From IMG/VR virus record IMGVR_UViG_3300032323_001417, positions 37,665-101,664 of that record: DNA of 64,000 nt. One strand, written 5' to 3'. Below, one piece after another: positions 19,825 to 30,626 of the stretch. Under the pieces are notes generated by a model. The model had not been told where the DNA came from, ran no database searches, and was given only the letters and a program-made list of their open reading frames with translations. Numbering within the stretch: position 1 is the first letter of the stretch; each line of letters begins with the position of its first letter. Origin of the DNA: a virus. A program made the translations under genes and the position numbers.

Positions 19825-20426
19825 TGGTAAGTCCTGCATATTTAAATTCTAGAAAAAAATGGGATAGACCACAGGCAATAATTTGGTCAAATAACTCAGC
19901 TGGAATTATTAATGGAGTGCCTCAAATTACTGGGTCTGAAGGAGAAGATTTCTTAATTCTTTCTGATCACAATAGATCTCCTGTTGACTTTTCTGTAGAT
20001 AGAATTGAAAATAGAAAAAGAATGGTAAATGGTCACATGCGTTCTTATCATATTGCAGATAAATTAAAAGTTTCAACTAACTGGAATCTTTTGCCATCTA
20101 GAGCATTTAATAAAGACCCAGATTTTTCAGAAAATGGAAATCCGACTGCTATAAATACTATAAACAATCCACTAACAGAATATACTGCTGATGGTGGTGC
20201 AGGTGGATCAGACTTGTTGAACTGGTACAACAACAATCCTGGATCATTCTATATGTTTATATCATATGACAAGAATTCAAAATTGAACGATGTGCCTTAT
20301 CAAAATTTAGCAACATATTCAGAAGTTATTGAAGTTTATTTTTCATCATTTACTTACAATGTTGTAAAAAGAGGCGCAACCAATCACGACCTTTGGGATA
20401 TTTCTATCTCACTTGAGGAAGTATAA
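19824..20426 (+). CDS. Distal tail (Dit-like) minor tail protein
   Basis: Directly after the tape measure; RIENRKRMVNG.MRSY and WDISISLEEV. Confidence 0.65.
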   Translation: MVSPAYLNSRKKWDRPQAIIWSNNSAGIINGVPQITGSEGEDFLILSDHNRSPVDFSVDRIENRKRMVNGHMRSYHIADKLKVSTNWNLLPSRAFNKDPDFSENGNPTAINTINNPLTEYTADGGAGGSDLLNWYNNNPGSFYMFISYDKNSKLNDVPYQNLATYSEVIEVYFSSFTYNVVKRGATNHDLWDISISLEEV

Positions 20427-23400
20427 TGTTTTTTGATAATGATTTAATTACTCATCTTAAGACCAATAACTCTCTTCAAGTTGATTCCCTGATTATTGCT
20501 GAATGGAATCAGAATGACTTGTCAAATATTGAAAATTATGGAAACTATAGATGGAGACCGTCAAGTGCAAGTGTGGACGTTTTTAGAAACTTAGCACCAT
20601 CATATGATCCAAATGATGATGGAAATTTTTATACTGGAGCCTTGGAGTCTAAGTATATTTCTGAATATAGAGTAGATAGTGGAAGTCCACTAACTTTTTT
20701 AACAGATCAAGAAGAGATGCAGCTATTCTATTCGCTTAAAGATTGTTTTAAGCCGTTTAGACCAAGGTCTGGAATTAATAAGATGTTGTTTTTTGGAGAC
20801 CTAGATGAAGGAAAAATTAAATTTGTTGATAGTGTTAGGTCTGGAAGAAGACCAAGATATTACTTTTGTTCAAAAAATGATCAATTTAAATATTGGACAT
20901 CATTTAGAAAAGATAATGGTGTTGAAGTTGGAATTTCTTCTCTAACTGCAAGAGGTCTTGATTCAAATTTTGGATATGAGATAACCGACTCAGCACCATT
21001 TGTTGTTTATAAAGAAGAGGTTGCTGCAAATAGAATTGTTGTAAAGATGCAGACCAACTTAGCAGACGATTTAGTTTTTGGAGTTGATGGAGAGCCAGTT
21101 GTTTCTTCAACAATTAGAAGAGAAAATTCTGTAATTGCAGACCCACTTTCCGATAGGTCAAAGTCTAGTATTCCTAAAAAATGGAAGATTCAATATCTTG
21201 ATTCAGGAAATAATTGGTTAGACGCTGTATCTTTTGATGAAAATTCTTTTAGATCAGATGGTTCTGATATTGTTCCTTGGGATGGATATGTTGAAATATC
21301 TTATGGAGTAAAGATTCCACAAGTATATAGAGAAAACTTTCACTTTATAGACTACATAAGCTCTTCTGTACAATTACCAGCAGACACAATTAATGGAGAG
21401 GCATACATCCTATTAGAAAATGATTTAGATCCTGGAGTTTTATGGGTTTGGAATACAAGATTAAATGATTGGGAAACTTCAAATGTGGAGTATGGTTTTT
21501 CATTGTTAGAAAATGACGATACAAAAAGAACTGGAATAGTAACAAGTCTGGTTGATCCTAAATATTTTCTTAGAAATGAAATTCCAACTTATCGAGATAT
21601 TGTATTTCTAAAGGGTCTAAGGGTTGTCGTTGAAACAATGGCATCTCCAAATAGAACATTTGATTTAATAGAAATGTCACCAAGGTTAAAAGCTGATGTA
21701 TCTAAATATGTAATAGATTTTGAAATAAACAAAGATATTGCTGCAACAGACTACGGGCTTCCAGTAGGAGCACTGGTAGCATCAACTGGTCAAATAAACT
21801 TATCAAATCATGATGGTGCTTTTACTAGATTAAACGTTTTTAACCAAGATGAAAAAACTGGAAGTATTATTTCTGGAAATTTAAGACCACAAACAAAGTT
21901 TGACTTTTATGAAACAGTTTTAAATGTACAAGGATATGACAAGTTTATTCCTTTGAAAACTTTTTATTCAGAAAATTCTGCAGAAAGTTATGGTGGTTTT
22001 TCAGATGTATCTTTAACACTAAGAGATGCCTTTTTTAGATTTGAGTCAGAAATGGCAACGCCAATATTTTTACAAAACTGCACACTTACAATGGCTGTTG
22101 CGGTACTTCTAGACAACATTGGTTTTGGAAACTATGTATTTAAAAATATAACTACTGCAAACGATCCAGTAATTCCATTTTTCTTTGTAGAGCCAGACAT
22201 ATCAGTTGCAGAAGTTTTGCAAAGACTTGCCCAGTCTACACAAACAGCAATGTTTTTTGATGAATATAACAACTTCTGCATGATGCCAAAAGAATATCTA
22301 ATACCTGACTATTCTATTAGTGATAGTAATTCTTCAATATCAGAAAGACTAGTCAATCTTTATGGGCAGAAAGAGATTGGATCAGTTCCAAATATTGAAT
22401 TTATTTCAGGGGTAGATTCAAAAATTATTAACGATGGTCAGATTAACTATACAACAAGATATATTCAAAGAGATGTTCCAAACCTAGAACAGGCACAAAT
22501 AAACCCTAATGATAGAACCTACTCATACAAGTCTTCGATACTCTGGGAGCTAGGAGATCAAGATGAGGCAAGAACTATCAATCAGCCTATGGGAAAAAAT
22601 GGTTATAGCCTAGGAGCCGTTACCTTAAATACAGAACTTTCTTCTACAGTTCCATATGTAGAAAACAATCAAATACAAGCAAACATAATTGACGTTGGAG
22701 AAAGTGGATATCTTCTTCCAAGATTCCAAGGTTATTTATATGCTAACGGTGAAATTATAAGATATGATGCTCAAGAATATGAAGTTACTGGTGTTGGAAC
22801 TGTTTGGATAACAAATAATAATGAATACCAAAAATATTTTTCAAAACTTGCTTTTAACGGAAAAATGATTGTTACTGGAAATCTAAGAATTTATACTGAG
22901 CCATTTTATCAAGAATCTCCAGGAGCCAACCAAGATGGATTAGAGTCTGGAGTTGTTTACAAAAATGGACCAGTTAGTTCTCACGGTAGAGGTCAGTTTG
23001 GAACTTCTGTAACTAGCCATTCTTCAGAATTAAACCCCTATTGGGAAAGTTCTAAGCAAGCCTTTAGAATGAATTCAAGTTTATTGTTTAGCACAACTCC
23101 TACAGAATCAATCAAGTATCCCCCACTTTTAACGACAACTGCAGGACTTAGAAGTGATGACAATGCAAGAGATAACGCTGTGGTTTCTGGAAAAATTGCA
23201 AGCTTGCTTAGAAGAACTGTTAGAGCCGAAAATAACTATTCTACAGCAAATCAACTAGAAGCAGGAACAGTACAGTCTTCAGCACTTATTCTTTCGGGTT
23301 CAAGAACTTCTTCTCAGGCATCTAGCCCACGAGACTTGATAACCTATGTGTACAAAAATTTTCCAAATAGTGACTTTAAGCATGTTGGAACTAGAATGAG

Positions 23401-24916
23401 AATAATTGGAAAAAAGGTTGATGAAACAAATCAAATTCCAGATAACTCTACAACATATTTTACAACTGACATAAATGGAGAAGCTTCTTCAATCTCTGGT
23501 GGATCTGGAGGTCTTGGTTTTATGGTTGACAATGTAACAAAATCTGGGTACTATTTTGAAATTATGTCATTGTCTAAAGATGTAATTTCTTCTTTTTCTA
23601 CAGAAAAAAATAAGGACAGTGTTCTAGAAAATATTATATTTTACAAGATTCCGCCACAAAATGTAAGATATCCACATGCTGGAATTGATGCAAATGGAAA
23701 TGAAAGTCAGTCTATTGTTGTAAATGCAGATGGAAAAGAAAATTTTGCACAGCCCATAAAACTATGGGGAACTTTGGCAAAAGTTTTAGTTGACGAAGGC
23801 ATGTTCTTTGGTATGGATAGAATGGCTTCTCAAGACAATCCAACAGTCCACGATCTTGGAATTGAGTTTGAAAGACTTGGATCATCTGTTAAATTTTATT
23901 TATATCTAAACAACGTTTTAATTGCTACTGTTATTGATAACAATCCACTGCCATCAGTAACTACTGACACAGTGTTTAGCACATGCTTATTTGTTAGAGG
24001 TGGATCAAAGTGCATGTTTGAAAATATTTATGCATTAAGAAATAGAGCAATTCAGTCAGAAAATGTAACGGCAATATCCTTAGATAATTTAGGAACTTCT
24101 TCAAGAAATAGCCTGGCAGCCTTTGGAGATAACAATATATCAATTTCAGAGTCATTAAGAAAGTATGCCCTTTCTGGAATTGTTCAGTCAACATATCTTT
24201 CTTCAATTGGAACAGAAAGACCTAGAGGATTTGACATGTATTTTGAAGAATTCGGAACAATTTTAAGAGAATGTGCCTATTTTAATATTAAGTATGATCA
24301 GGCATACCCAGCAATAATTGCAAGAATGCTTCCACCACTAAATAATGAAAAAGTCTATACAGTTTCAGGATTTTTACCAGGATCCTACGGTGCAGAGTTT
24401 TTGTTGTTCAACAGCTCTGATAGAATAATATCACTTGCTGATAGTTCTGCAAATAAGATAGTTATAACTGGAATTACATTTACACAAAATATATCAAATG
24501 TTCTTACAGTTGATGACTATCTTGGAGATAGGGCAAACTTGTCAGATCCAATAATTATTGATAACGTTATAAGGTCTCCACAGTTAGCACAGAAATTTTA
24601 TGATAATATTAGAAATAGTAGATCTATTTATGGAAAAAAATCATTTTCTCTTAACTCTTTATATGTTCAAAATGAAGATTCTGCAAAAGATTTAATGGGG
24701 TGGATGATTGATAAAACAATGAAAAGTAGAAAAGTAATTACTGTAAATACATTTGGAACTCCTCATATTCAGCTTGGAGATATTGTTAAAATAGATTATG
24801 ATTTGCCAGAGGGTGTAAAATTTGTAGAAACAGATAAAAGATTTATTGTTACTTCTATGAAGTATTCAAGATCCTCATCTGACATAAAAACTTCATTAAA
24901 CTTGGTAGAGGTGTAA
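20426..24916 (+). CDS. Large minor tail protein (tail tip/hub, Tal-like)
   Basis: 1496 aa; AMFFDEYNNF and C-terminal GTPHIQLGDIVKI hub motifs. Confidence 0.7.
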   Translation: MFFDNDLITHLKTNNSLQVDSLIIAEWNQNDLSNIENYGNYRWRPSSASVDVFRNLAPSYDPNDDGNFYTGALESKYISEYRVDSGSPLTFLTDQEEMQLFYSLKDCFKPFRPRSGINKMLFFGDLDEGKIKFVDSVRSGRRPRYYFCSKNDQFKYWTSFRKDNGVEVGISSLTARGLDSNFGYEITDSAPFVVYKEEVAANRIVVKMQTNLADDLVFGVDGEPVVSSTIRRENSVIADPLSDRSKSSIPKKWKIQYLDSGNNWLDAVSFDENSFRSDGSDIVPWDGYVEISYGVKIPQVYRENFHFIDYISSSVQLPADTINGEAYILLENDLDPGVLWVWNTRLNDWETSNVEYGFSLLENDDTKRTGIVTSLVDPKYFLRNEIPTYRDIVFLKGLRVVVETMASPNRTFDLIEMSPRLKADVSKYVIDFEINKDIAATDYGLPVGALVASTGQINLSNHDGAFTRLNVFNQDEKTGSIISGNLRPQTKFDFYETVLNVQGYDKFIPLKTFYSENSAESYGGFSDVSLTLRDAFFRFESEMATPIFLQNCTLTMAVAVLLDNIGFGNYVFKNITTANDPVIPFFFVEPDISVAEVLQRLAQSTQTAMFFDEYNNFCMMPKEYLIPDYSISDSNSSISERLVNLYGQKEIGSVPNIEFISGVDSKIINDGQINYTTRYIQRDVPNLEQAQINPNDRTYSYKSSILWELGDQDEARTINQPMGKNGYSLGAVTLNTELSSTVPYVENNQIQANIIDVGESGYLLPRFQGYLYANGEIIRYDAQEYEVTGVGTVWITNNNEYQKYFSKLAFNGKMIVTGNLRIYTEPFYQESPGANQDGLESGVVYKNGPVSSHGRGQFGTSVTSHSSELNPYWESSKQAFRMNSSLLFSTTPTESIKYPPLLTTTAGLRSDDNARDNAVVSGKIASLLRRTVRAENNYSTANQLEAGTVQSSALILSGSRTSSQASSPRDLITYVYKNFPNSDFKHVGTRMRIIGKKVDETNQIPDNSTTYFTTDINGEASSISGGSGGLGFMVDNVTKSGYYFEIMSLSKDVISSFSTEKNKDSVLENIIFYKIPPQNVRYPHAGIDANGNESQSIVVNADGKENFAQPIKLWGTLAKVLVDEGMFFGMDRMASQDNPTVHDLGIEFERLGSSVKFYLYLNNVLIATVIDNNPLPSVTTDTVFSTCLFVRGGSKCMFENIYALRNRAIQSENVTAISLDNLGTSSRNSLAAFGDNNISISESLRKYALSGIVQSTYLSSIGTERPRGFDMYFEEFGTILRECAYFNIKYDQAYPAIIARMLPPLNNEKVYTVSGFLPGSYGAEFLLFNSSDRIISLADSSANKIVITGITFTQNISNVLTVDDYLGDRANLSDPIIIDNVIRSPQLAQKFYDNIRNSRSIYGKKSFSLNSLYVQNEDSAKDLMGWMIDKTMKSRKVITVNTFGTPHIQLGDIVKIDYDLPEGVKFVETDKRFIVTSMKYSRSSSDIKTSLNLVEV

Positions 24917-24917
24917 G

Positions 24918-25850
24918 ATGAGTGAAAATTCAGGTCCAGCAGGTGCAGGACATTCTCCAAACAAACCAAAGGTTAATACTTCAGATGCAGCAGATGTAGC
25001 AAGGGCTAAAGCAGCAGCAGCAGCTAAAGCAAAAGCTGACAAGATAGCTGCAGATGCAGCAGCGGCAGCAGAAAGAAAGCGTCAAGCAGATGCAGCAGCA
25101 GCAGCGGCAGCAGCAAGGGCTTCAGCAGCAGCGGCAGCAGCAGCAGCAGAAGCAGAAAGAAAAAGAAGAGAAGCAGAGGAAAAGAGGAGAAGAGAAGAAG
25201 AAGAAAGAAAAAGAAAAGAAGAAGAAGAAAGAAGAAGAAGGGAAGAAGAAGAAAGAAGAAGAAGGGAAGAAGAAGAGGCAGAAAGACAAAGACAGATAGC
25301 AGAAAAAGCAAGACTTGCAGAAATTGCAGCAAGAGCATTAAGGGGTTCTTCAGAATTTGGTGTTGTTAAAAATCCAACTAGGGATGTTTTAGACATTGGT
25401 TCTTTAAACCCATCTGCAAATGCAGCAAGACTTCAAAGAATTCTTTGGGAAAATATGTCTGCAATCGAACTTTCTACTGTTTTAAGACATGACACAGTAG
25501 ATGGAATTAGACAAAGGTATGAAATAATTAGCAACCTATCTGAATTAAGAAAAAGATATGATGCTACAAAAGAACTTTCTGTATTGGATAAATCATCTTT
25601 GCCATATTCAGAATTTACCATTGACCTATCTTCAAAAATACCAGATTCTGCATATATTTCTAACAATGGGTTAGATTCAACTTATCAGTATGTTGATACA
25701 GATGGGGTATCGATTGTTGAAGTAGAAAAAGGATATATATACGTTGCAAGTAATGGTGATATTGTCATAGAATTAGATAATTTATTATCATCAGAAATAG
25801 CCCAGGTCCAAATAGACTCTGGTGGTACAATGTATGAGGTGAATAATTAA
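24918..25850 (+). CDS. Tail-module protein with Ala-rich and E/R/K low-complexity helix
   Basis: In-operon ORF containing poly-Ala and EEEERRRR runs. Confidence 0.7.
   Translation: MSENSGPAGAGHSPNKPKVNTSDAADVARAKAAAAAKAKADKIAADAAAAAERKRQADAAAAAAAARASAAAAAAAAEAERKRREAEEKRRREEEERKRKEEEERRRREEEERRRREEEEAERQRQIAEKARLAEIAARALRGSSEFGVVKNPTRDVLDIGSLNPSANAARLQRILWENMSAIELSTVLRHDTVDGIRQRYEIISNLSELRKRYDATKELSVLDKSSLPYSEFTIDLSSKIPDSAYISNNGLDSTYQYVDTDGVSIVEVEKGYIYVASNGDIVIELDNLLSSEIAQVQIDSGGTMYEVNN
25010..25335 (+). repeat. Low-complexity GCA and GAA/AGA coding repeats
   Basis: GCAGCA runs and tandem GAAGAAGAAGAAAGAAGAAG-type units. Confidence 0.85.
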
Positions 25851-27022
25851 TGATAACTAATGACGGAAAAAACATTATTGCAAAATATTTGCTAAACCAA
25901 GCCCCAGAGTTTGCTAGCCATATTGCAATTGGTGTTGGTGGACATGCCTTACCTGTTGCCTCAGCAAGTTATTCTGCATCTGTTTCTCCAGTATTTTCTA
26001 GCACATCCAAATCTCTTGACTTTGAAGCACTTAGAGTTCCAATTTTATCTAAAGGTCTTATTAAAGAATTAAATGAAGAAACAGATGAGTATGTTGAAAA
26101 AATTGTCTTTAAGGCAGAACTTCCAACTGATCAAAGATTGCAAATTACAGAAATTGGACTATTTCCCTCAGACTCAAATAGTCTAGCAGAAAGGTTTGGA
26201 AGCAAAACTCTTTCATCTTTTACTAATTCTGAGCCGTGGACATATTCAAGGTTTGGATCTGGATCTGTTGTCCCATACATTAATGAAGCACTAGACTCTT
26301 ATGACGGAGAAATTTCTCCAGGAGATATAATTAGACCAGAAGTTGCTATGTTTATTAATTCAAATTCTTCAATATTTGACTACACTGATAGAAAAAATAG
26401 AAGAGAAGAGCCTAGGTACTTAGACAAATGCTTGATGGTATCTGGAGATTTTTCAAAACTTGACTCAACGTTTAATCCTTTAGCAAACTCTGCAAGTGCA
26501 GGGTATTATATTGAAAATAGTTCTGCAAGATTAAATCTAGGAAGAAATCTTCCAACAGATAAAATAAAATTAGCCATGTCTATAGTTAATACAATATCTA
26601 CAGATAATGTGGCTCCAAATGGTAATGTTAGAATAATCCTTGAATTCATTAACAATACTGTTAATAGTCCAAAAGCTTATTTAAACATAGATCTTCCAGT
26701 AAATTATTTCTATGATGCTTTAAGTGGAGATCAGTTTAGATATAAGGTTATAACTAGAAGTATTTCAGACTTTGTAATAAGCCCATCCTTTTCTTGGAGT
26801 GAAATTGACTTGGTTAGAATTTATGCATCTATAGACGTAGCAAATCCTAGTCTTTATAGAATAATTTTAGACGGTATTAGACTAGAAAATATTTCTACAA
26901 TAAATCCACTATATTCTTTAATAGGTGCAGAATATATTAAAACAGATAACGGATACCCAGTTCTTAAAGAAGAAAACTCAACTAATTATATAGAGTATAG
27001 ATTTGGCTTAGGAGTTTCCTAG
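25850..27022 (+). CDS. Minor tail/baseplate-related protein
   Basis: MITNDGK.IIAKYL..HIAIGVG and ITEIGLF motifs, typical of tail-fibre attachment proteins. Confidence 0.6.
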   Translation: MITNDGKNIIAKYLLNQAPEFASHIAIGVGGHALPVASASYSASVSPVFSSTSKSLDFEALRVPILSKGLIKELNEETDEYVEKIVFKAELPTDQRLQITEIGLFPSDSNSLAERFGSKTLSSFTNSEPWTYSRFGSGSVVPYINEALDSYDGEISPGDIIRPEVAMFINSNSSIFDYTDRKNRREEPRYLDKCLMVSGDFSKLDSTFNPLANSASAGYYIENSSARLNLGRNLPTDKIKLAMSIVNTISTDNVAPNGNVRIILEFINNTVNSPKAYLNIDLPVNYFYDALSGDQFRYKVITRSISDFVISPSFSWSEIDLVRIYASIDVANPSLYRIILDGIRLENISTINPLYSLIGAEYIKTDNGYPVLKEENSTNYIEYRFGLGVS

Positions 27023-27879
27023 TGGCAAGAATTACAATCCCAGTAGAACAGCTTCCAGCACCAGATAAAAATGGAAATCATAATATCCAGTTTAGAGTTA
27101 TATCTGAAGATAGAAATAAAGCCTCTGCTTGGTCAACACTATATACTATAAAAAGTATTGGGCAATATAGACCATTGCAGTCTGATGTTGACTTTATCCT
27201 TTCAGATTCAGATGTTTCTGTAATTTGGGACACTCCAACAATTTATAATGCTAGTCAAGATTTTATTCTTTACGATGTTACTAATGTTGGATCAGGATCT
27301 GCTAGTTTTACTTCAGTGTCTGGATACGCCTTTGGAAAATTAATTTTTGTTGATGAGCCAAATAGAACACTTATTCCTGGAGATCAATTTTATATAAATA
27401 CTGTAGCCTTTATTCAGGGAATACTCTTTACAGTTAAGTCTACCTCTTATACACTAGTTGATAGCGTTCCAAGATTTACAGTTTCAGTTACTTCAGATAT
27501 TTCTAACTTGTCAACTTTACAAACTTGGGCAGATTATGCTGACGTTGAAACCTTTGGAACAGGTTGGTTTAATGTAGCAAGAGATATATACTTTGTTAAT
27601 CAAGCTAAGAGTGCTTCAATAGCACATAACCATTCAATAAGATTCAAAAAACATCCAACTGATATTTTTGTAAAATGGGATTCTTCAAATTTTGAATACC
27701 ACGAAAGAACTGATCAGGATGCTATATCAATAAGCATTCCTGAAACAGCATCTGCTTCTGTTAGAGTTATTGGAACAGTAGCCACACATGGATTTGATAG
27801 AAACACCATTTCTGATCAAATAGTAGAAGATTTGTCAAACTTATTTTTAATTTTTGACACTGGAACACAATTAATCTAA
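27022..27879 (+). CDS. Minor tail protein
   Basis: FRVISEDRNKASAWS (Fn3-like strand); beta-rich; synteny. Confidence 0.5.
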   Translation: MARITIPVEQLPAPDKNGNHNIQFRVISEDRNKASAWSTLYTIKSIGQYRPLQSDVDFILSDSDVSVIWDTPTIYNASQDFILYDVTNVGSGSASFTSVSGYAFGKLIFVDEPNRTLIPGDQFYINTVAFIQGILFTVKSTSYTLVDSVPRFTVSVTSDISNLSTLQTWADYADVETFGTGWFNVARDIYFVNQAKSASIAHNHSIRFKKHPTDIFVKWDSSNFEYHERTDQDAISISIPETASASVRVIGTVATHGFDRNTISDQIVEDLSNLFLIFDTGTQLI

Positions 27880-27881
27880 AA

Positions 27882-27890
27882 TGGTATAAT
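27882..27890 (+). promoter_or_regulatory. Extended -10 promoter TGGTATAAT
   Basis: Upstream of the AGGAG RBS of 27906. Confidence 0.55.
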
Positions 27891-27905
27891 GTATTAGGAG
27901 AAAAA

Positions 27906-28325
27906 ATGGAATTACCAGATAGAGGTCAACCACTAGATATTTCTTATCTACTGAGAATGGCTACCGAAATTAACAACTTGAATTCAACTATTAATTCAGG
28001 AAGGACTCAATCTTCAATAAAGTATTTTGGAGAAACTGGGGTAACAGAAGTTGCAACATCTGAATTGGTAATGTATGCATCTAGCCAGCCTGTAACTGGA
28101 AACTCCACCACTGATTCTGGATTAACGACAAGGTTTGATTTTCCTTCAGGTTTTAGAAGAGCTCCAATAGTTACTGTATCTGCTCAATCAAGTTCTGACA
28201 ATGTTTATTGTGTAATTAAGTCAGTGTCAGATAGGTCTTGCGAAGTTAAGCTAGTTCTTCCAGCTGGAACCACATCTTCTACTACAGCAAATATTTCCAT
28301 AATTGCAATTGGCGAAAGAGCTTAG
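27906..28325 (+). CDS. Small tail-fibre-like protein
   Basis: FPSGFRRAPIVTVS...ISIIAIG C-terminal pattern (H-type lectin/gp53-like). Confidence 0.45.
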   Translation: MELPDRGQPLDISYLLRMATEINNLNSTINSGRTQSSIKYFGETGVTEVATSELVMYASSQPVTGNSTTDSGLTTRFDFPSGFRRAPIVTVSAQSSSDNVYCVIKSVSDRSCEVKLVLPAGTTSSTTANISIIAIGERA

Positions 28326-28340
28326 AAGAATTGGAATTAG

Positions 28341-28859
28341 ATGTCTAAAGACATTGACATTGGGGTCGTAAAGCCTTCAGAGAAAGTATTTTTCATTAAC
28401 GGTGATCTTATAAGAGTTTTGCATATAAATCGTGCTAGCAATATAGTAAAACTATTAAACATTACTAAAGGAAAAGATCAGAGTATGTTGTATTCCGATT
28501 TTAAAAAACATAGAAAAAGAGCATACTCAGTAATAAGTTCAGCAAAGATATTAAATAGGTCAAGAATAGCATTGCAAAAATATTATTTAAGCGGTTTGAT
28601 TCCTGAGCCAGTTGGTGCTAAACTAAATGGAGAAAGAGATTTTAGAGTTATGTCATATTATTCAGAAGATACTCTTTTTGAAATAAGAGAGATTATGACA
28701 ACCATACACCATGGTAGACCGAGAAAAGATGGTAACATAACGCCATCAAACGTTCCAACTGAACAAGACTTGCGTTCTAGAATGGGAGATGCTATAATGC
28801 TTTATACGAAGACATCGGATGGGCGTTTCATTCCGACTTGGCAAGAAGAGACATGGTAG
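28341..28859 (+). CDS. Putative HTH (MerR-like) DNA-binding protein
   Basis: YSVISSAKILNRSRIALQKY..SGLIPEP...YYSEDTL, GRPRKDG. Confidence 0.55.
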   Translation: MSKDIDIGVVKPSEKVFFINGDLIRVLHINRASNIVKLLNITKGKDQSMLYSDFKKHRKRAYSVISSAKILNRSRIALQKYYLSGLIPEPVGAKLNGERDFRVMSYYSEDTLFEIREIMTTIHHGRPRKDGNITPSNVPTEQDLRSRMGDAIMLYTKTSDGRFIPTWQEETW

Positions 28860-28868
28860 GAGACCAAA

Positions 28869-29072
28869 ATGTCAGAAACAACAAATGTTTCAGTAACACT
28901 AGGATATACACTTAATCTTGGAAATTTTCAAAGTCTAAGAATTGATATTGGAATTACAGATTTTGTTCGTAGTGGAGAAAATACAGATCAGGCTCTTGAT
29001 AGAGTGTATGAGTTTGTAGAAAATAAAGTAATTCAAAAGGTTGAAGAAGCTAAGAAAGAACTAGAGGACTAG
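28869..29072 (+). CDS. Conserved small phage protein
   Basis: TLNLGNFQSLRIDIG; RBS AGGAG. Confidence 0.6.
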   Translation: MSETTNVSVTLGYTLNLGNFQSLRIDIGITDFVRSGENTDQALDRVYEFVENKVIQKVEEAKKELED

Positions 29073-29380
29073 TGGCGGATAAGAAAGATCGCTTTGCACT
29101 AATATCTAGATATAAAAAGTTAATAAAAGAAAAAAACCTAAAAGAAGAAAATATAAATATTCATATTCAGCAATGGGCTGCAGACTCGTTGATTGAATCA
29201 TACGGTATAGAGCAAAGTTATGATCTAGTTGAATACTATGTTAGCGTGTCTGCATCTCCAACTTGGAAATGGTTGGTGAACAATGCTGATAAAATTTATG
29301 ATGCAAAAAGAATTAAAGAAGAAGATGATGTGGCTAGAAAGCTACTAAGAGAACAAGCAAAGGAATGGCTAAGTAGATAA
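29072..29380 (+). CDS. Hypothetical protein (possible helicase loader)
   Basis: Coupled to dnaB; the function is inferred from position only. Confidence 0.4.
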   Translation: MADKKDRFALISRYKKLIKEKNLKEENINIHIQQWAADSLIESYGIEQSYDLVEYYVSVSASPTWKWLVNNADKIYDAKRIKEEDDVARKLLREQAKEWLSR

Positions 29381-30594
29381 TGTCTGATTTAGAAGCAAAA
29401 GTACTATCTGCAGTTTTAAATGATAAACAGATTCATGTGCTTTTTCAAGCAAATCCAGACACCCTATTTAGAACACATAAAGATGTTTGGGATTTTGTAA
29501 AAAATTATTATGAGCAAAATTCTACCGTTCCAACACAGTCCTTATTGGTAGAAAAGTTTAGAGACTTTAAACCAGTAGGAGAAATTGGTACAACAAAGCA
29601 TCATCTAGAAGAGTTAAGAACTCAATTTCTTGAAGACCATTTAAAAAATGCACTAATGACTAGTGCAAAGCAATTAAACGATCATCAACCAATTGAAGCT
29701 CTTAATTCAATAATTTCAAAAACATCAGATCTTAAAAGAATTAGTTCTGATGTAAGAGATATTGATGCAACAGATGTAGAGGATGCTTCTGCACATTTTA
29801 TACACATTAAGGAGTTAAGTGAAAAAGGTATACACGGCGTTAGAACGAACTTGGCAGGTTTTGATAACTATCTACCTGGTGGCATTGCTCCTGGTCAATT
29901 TGGTATTCTTCTTGCTTACCCTGCCATTGGTAAGTCTTGGCTCGCTATTTTTATGGCTGTACAAGCGTGGAAAGCTGGCAAGAAACCGCTAATAGTTTCT
30001 CTTGAAATGACAGAGAAAGAAGTTAGAAATCGTGTCTACACAATCATGGCTGAAGGATATTTCTCACATAGAAAATTAAGTGCAGGTATGATTGATATTG
30101 AAGGCTTTGAAAATTGGGCTAAGCAAAATTTAAAAGATAGACCACCATTCTATATCATTTCTAATGATGGTCTTGCAGATGTATCTCCTTCTGTTATTAG
30201 AGGAAAGATAGATCAGTATTCCCCAGATGTTGTATTTGTTGACTACATTCAGTTAATGAACTCAAATCAAGGAAATGATAATGAAGTTGTAAAGATTAAA
30301 AATATTTCTAGAGAATTAAAAGTCCTTGCAATTTCTTCTCAAGTTCCGATTGTTGCAATTGCTTCTGCTACCCCTGATGATGCTACAGACATGAACAGCG
30401 TACCCTCACTTGGTCAGGTAGCTTGGTCAAAGCAACTAGCATATGATGCTGACTGGGTTTTGGCTTTAGGTCGTGCTACTGGAAGTACAATTCTTGAATG
30501 TATATTTAGAAAAAATCGTCACGGATTTTGTGGAGAATTTATGGTAGATATTGACTTTGACTCAGGTCGCTTTATTTATAAGGATTTTGAATAA
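29380..30594 (+). CDS. dnaB: DnaB-like replicative helicase
   Basis: AYPAIGKS Walker A, SLEM, VFVDYIQLM, ISRELK, KNRHG. Confidence 0.92.
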   Translation: MSDLEAKVLSAVLNDKQIHVLFQANPDTLFRTHKDVWDFVKNYYEQNSTVPTQSLLVEKFRDFKPVGEIGTTKHHLEELRTQFLEDHLKNALMTSAKQLNDHQPIEALNSIISKTSDLKRISSDVRDIDATDVEDASAHFIHIKELSEKGIHGVRTNLAGFDNYLPGGIAPGQFGILLAYPAIGKSWLAIFMAVQAWKAGKKPLIVSLEMTEKEVRNRVYTIMAEGYFSHRKLSAGMIDIEGFENWAKQNLKDRPPFYIISNDGLADVSPSVIRGKIDQYSPDVVFVDYIQLMNSNQGNDNEVVKIKNISRELKVLAISSQVPIVAIASATPDDATDMNSVPSLGQVAWSKQLAYDADWVLALGRATGSTILECIFRKNRHGFCGEFMVDIDFDSGRFIYKDFE

Positions 30595-30626
30595 AACTGG
30601 TTAATTCCATTGATATAATTGATGGT

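Noticed and set aside
25024-25396. Alternative-frame and antisense ORFs rich in L/F, S or Q/K
   Set aside because: They are shadows of the low-complexity repeat in 24918-25850.
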